A stretch of DNA of 63,964 nt, counting the filler, from Craspedostauros australis (taxonomy: Eukaryota), in assembly GCA_030167865.1 (NCBI GenBank). It is 22 parts of 22 records of this genome, joined end to end, with 100 filler letters (N's around TTAATTAATTAA, not from the genome) between each part and the next. Parts side by side here need not be neighbours in the genome. Positions count along the whole stretch, not along the records: positions 60,189 to 62,826 come from JALAGF010001983.1; positions 62,927 to 63,964 come from JALAGF010001985.1; 20 more parts are not named here. One strand, 5' to 3'. Shown piece after piece: positions 60,189 through 63,964 of this stretch (the first letter of the stretch is position 1; the number at the start of each line of letters is the position of its first letter). The translations under genes were made by a program, and so were the position numbers. Below the pieces are notes generated by a model, which was not told the origin of the DNA, did no database searches, and saw nothing but the letters and a program-made list of their open reading frames with translations.

Positions 60189-62826
60189 TGGCATCTTTCC
60201 CGACTGCCGGAACTGACAGCTCCGGTTCATCTTCACCTTGGTCAGCGTCGATGACGGGGCTGGCTGATGCCTCGTTGTTCGCTGCCTCCTTGGTCGTCTC
60301 CGCTTGTGCGTCTGCATTGGCATCCACTGTTGTGGTCATCTCCGCATCTTGGGCCGCATCCTCATTCTTGCTGCTGTTGTCGTCATCATCCTTGTGATCG
60401 TGGTGTTCGTTGCGAGCTTCACCCTCGGTATTTGCTTCAGCCTTAGCCTCGCCATCTTCATTGTCGACAACGGGGGCAGAAGGAGCAGCAGCATCAGCGA
60501 CTTCATCTTCTTGAGCCTCACTATCGATCAATTCGACCTGTTCTTCTTTTTGCATTGCGACGTCGGTGCCCTCAACAGGTGGATCCGTATCTACATCTAC
60601 ATCTACATCGACATCGATATCTGCATCGACATCCGCATCCGCAGCATCTTCAACTGTCATGCTTTTCGTAGCATCATCGTCGTCATCGTCAACTTCCATG
60701 CTTTCCGCGGCATCAGCAACTTCCATATCATCGCCATCGCCATTGCCTGCATCAACATCAACGTCCACATCTTCAGCGGCGTCTTCAGTTGCAATCTCAT
60801 TATTGGCATCGGCAATTTCCACATCATCGCCATTGCTTGCATCGTCGTCCACGTCGATGGCGACAGCAACAGTCGCACCTGTTCCACCCACATCTGCGTC
60901 TTGTCCCTCCATGGCTTCATTGCTGTCATGAACTTGCTGAGCCTCAAGTTCAACTGCAGCGTCTGCCACGACAGTTGCGTCAGCCTTGACATCCGCCTCG
61001 ACATCTTCCACAACGTCCGCGTTGGCCTCCGCACCGCCGTTTGCTTCACCATCTTCATCGATGTCTGCCTCGACATCAACGTCTGCGTCGGTGTGTCCCT
61101 CCGTGTGGTTATCCTCGACATCCATCGCACTCGATTCGTCGTGAGCCTCCGTGGCCGAATTCATCGACTCGAGGTTGTGCAAGGAGGCTTCTTCCTCCTC
61201 TCTGCTGCCACGACCGTGACCAATGATCTCGATGGATGGCTCCTGATCGGTTTCTGTCACAGGATCCTCAGCAGACGTTTCAGAGCCCGCCCCCTTTTCG
61301 TCGTAGGCCTCGGACGCACCGTCCACTGGTCCCGCGACCATCGATTCTTGCTCCTTCGAATCGGGGGGAAGCATATCGCCTGTTCCACCTTCTTGTTTGG
61401 ATCTCGATCTGACCATCGGCCTGGAGCCTGGCCCGCCACGAGAGTCGCCTTCAACTCTGGCTTCGGGCAGGATCTGTGTTGTAGGCATGTCAACGACCTC
61501 TTCGCGCCCGCTTGATTGCAGGTGCGACGGGAGAGACGCGCTAACATCCACAGCGAGTCCTTCTGCAGCACCATCCATTGCGCCCAAGGTGTGAGCTGGT
61601 TGGTCCGCTTCGAGAACCGCGGCAGCGGCATCGTCTGCAACCACAGATGCTGGTACCGAGGATGCACCGGGACTTTCGGCAATGGCGCCACCCCCCTCCA
61701 CATTCGAAGCCGATACCGCCGCCTGTTGAGCTGGCAGGGAGGTGGGTTGATCGAACGTCGTCTCGGTGTTGCTGCTCATGGCCCCATGCATGTCGCGTGA
61801 GATATCTCGGTCCGCACGAGCTGCCGCGTCCACAATCGGATCATCCTGCTTCGTGTCGGCACCTTCGTGTGTCTTTGCCTTCTCCATGTCCATTTCCAGG
61901 GCTTCACGAGCCCTTCGGTTCTCGCGGACGCGGCTTTCATCCTGCTGTTGCGTACGTCGTGCGAATGCCACGAGGGAACCTGCCTCGGCCTGGCTTTCCG
62001 GTCCCTCATTCTCAGTTTCCATCGGGGGATCTTGCTCTGGCGCCTCTTCGAGCTCTGACGACTCGTTGCCCAAGTCTTCTTCTTGCTCCGTGTGCTCGTC
62101 AGCCGCGTCCATATCATCTGAGGAATGTGCAAGGTTGTCAGACGCTCGGATTTGAACGATCTTCGCTTCCTCGACCGGCAGCACAGGATCTTCATCGGCC
62201 GGTTGCTGATCCAGGTTGAGCATGGTTTCGCGAGCCTTCTTCTGGCGGCGTTCTTCTTCTTCGTCCTCTGTGTGGATGGCCTCGGAAACCTCCTCCTCAG
62301 TGTATCCGTGGGTGTCTTCTGGCTCGTACCCATCTTCGAGCTGAGACGTGTATCCGTACTGCGATGTCTTGCGCCGATCGGCGTCTCGCGCGAGCTGTGC
62401 TTGACGATTCGCCTGGTTTCCATTCCCAGTGGCATCACCGCCAGTCTCAGCTGCGTTGGCACCAGATCCCATCACACCCTTGTCGGCTCCGTCGGTCTTG
62501 ACATCGTCGTCAGGAGCTCCCATGGTATCGTCGTCCATCGATGCTGCTCCCATCTGCCGTGGTGCATGATCGTTCTCCACGTCGCTGCCAACCACGGTGC
62601 TGCCAGCCCCAGAAATACCTGTACTACGCAAGTCGACGTCGCGTTCCTCGTCCGTTGTCGCTTCAATGTCTTCCCCAACATCTGCAACGTCGGTTTCGGC
62701 CTTCTCGACCATCAAGTTGTGTTCTGCTTCGTCATCGGTCGCCTCGCTCGCGACGCCGGTCTTGATAGCGACTGATGCGTCAGTCTCGTACACCTGCTGT
62801 GGTTGCATCTCGTCAGCAACCACGTC
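60189..62826 (-). CDS. Large acidic low-complexity protein, partial at both ends
   Basis: About 880 uninterrupted codons rich in D/E/A with DADVD tracts. No domain recognised. Confidence 0.8.
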
Positions 62827-63234
62827 NNNNNNNNNNNNNNNNNNNNNNNNNNNNNNNNNNNNNNNNNNNNTTAATTAATTAANNNNNNNNNNNNNNNNNN
62901 NNNNNNNNNNNNNNNNNNNNNNNNNNGCGTGCGTGATTGCCAATGGCATGGTGCTTCTTCTCTGGTCGCCACACGGTGTTCGTGTCTGGAACTGGGCGAG
63001 TGCAACAGTGGATCGTATTGTATGCAGGGTGCCCCACCACTCTGTGGTTCCTATTCTTCAATGGTTCCCATGTTCCTTCTCTGTTGGTCACTCTGGTCGT
63101 GACTGGTGGCCACGCGCATGTCGAAAATTGTCTGGGACACCAGGCAAAAAGCAACGAAATCGGAAATTCGACTAGTACAACGAATTAGACACCCAACAAC
63201 GATTTTGTCACCCAAACACGAGAAAGCCACATCT

Positions 63235-63670
63235 GGGACACCCAATAATTTGTGCTGAATACCGAAAAATTACATGTTTTTGGATATTGCGGGACTAATA
63301 CATGAGAAAATCAATGCGATGATCGAATTGTGTGTTGACTTCTTCAAACACGACAATTAAGCGAGAAACTCCTTGAAATGTGAAATGATCATTAACGGAC
63401 GAGTCTATTGTCGGACACAACAACGGACCCAGGCAAGACTCCACTTCGACCCGGTGGAAGCAGATTTGTCCGGATCTGTCCACATGTTCAACTGTGTCCG
63501 ATACAGTCCGTTAAGACGGTGCTCGCCATTGTTGATTTCTTCTCTCAAATGGTCGACTTCAAAGAAAACCATGACAAACTTGATCGAAACTGTGGTTCTG
63601 TCCAATTGTAGTCCCGCACGACTAGAATAGATGTCAACACCCAAATTCTGGACAAATTAGCGGGTGTCCC
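63235..63670. mobile_element. Putative MITE with ~26-bp imperfect terminal inverted repeats
   Basis: GGGACACCCAATAATTTGTGCTGAAT versus reverse-complemented end GGGACACCCGCTAATTTGTCCAGAAT, plus inner inverted GCGGGACTA/TAGTCCCGC. No TSD seen. Confidence 0.5.
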
Positions 63671-63964
63671 TGAGTCAGCCATGATTCACTATCACCCAGT
63701 TTTCCTCTGTATTCGTGAGCATAGACTGTCGCATTGAAAGAACGCGACGACTTGCTCTGCTCTGTTTACAGAGAGTACACCTAGGATAGCAACATGATAC
63801 TGGACAGAGTGCAAGTAGAGTAGATACAGCGGGGCACCATTCGGCGTTGCCGGTGGTTTATCAACAAGTGCACTTTGGAGCACATTACAAGTGTGTGTTG
63901 TCGGTTCCACCAAACCATTCTCACCCATTCACTCATCCTCTCATTCGCTCATCATCCTTTGCTG

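Noticed and set aside
3674..62926. Regularly recurring TTAATTAATTAA as a CRISPR-like or biological repeat
   Set aside because: Always embedded in fixed N-runs; it is an artificial all-frame-stop linker.
1..63964. tRNA, rRNA, CRISPR arrays or prokaryotic defence systems
   Set aside because: None recognised by eye; tRNAscan-SE or Infernal would be needed to exclude small RNAs.

Overview
Eukaryotic DNA, almost certainly a diatom (it contains a silicon transporter, diatom-type Ty1/copia elements and short GT-AG introns). The window is not one locus. It is 22 short contigs joined by artificial ~100-bp linkers (N-run + TTAATTAATTAA + N-run), so neighbourhood across a linker means nothing. Three contig pairs share ~775-800-bp reverse-complement dovetail overlaps. 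Recognisable genes: SMC3 (3 exons), DDX49/DBP8 helicase, a Su(z)12-like VEFS-box protein, a trypsin, the FAD domain of a (6-4) photolyase/cryptochrome, an NADPH-oxidase C-terminus, a kinase-less COG3899-type STAND ATPase, an ankyrin protein, a large secreted Cys-rich/PTS-repeat protein, an internally deleted SIT, a Pls-like NRPS terminal domain and a prolyl oligopeptidase pseudogene split by a solo LTR. Much of the rest is transposon-derived: a copia LTR family with 6-bp TSDs and a hairpin where the tRNA primer-binding site should be, a second LTR family with 5-bp TSDs, a piggyBac-like relic whose termini abut ATAT, probable LINE pieces and foldback repeats. No multi-gene novel system can be demonstrated. 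The best leads are the copia priming/TSD anomaly, the Pls-like NRPS domain, the deleted SIT and the ATAT piggyBac-like element. All family calls are by-eye motif recognition, not database searches.
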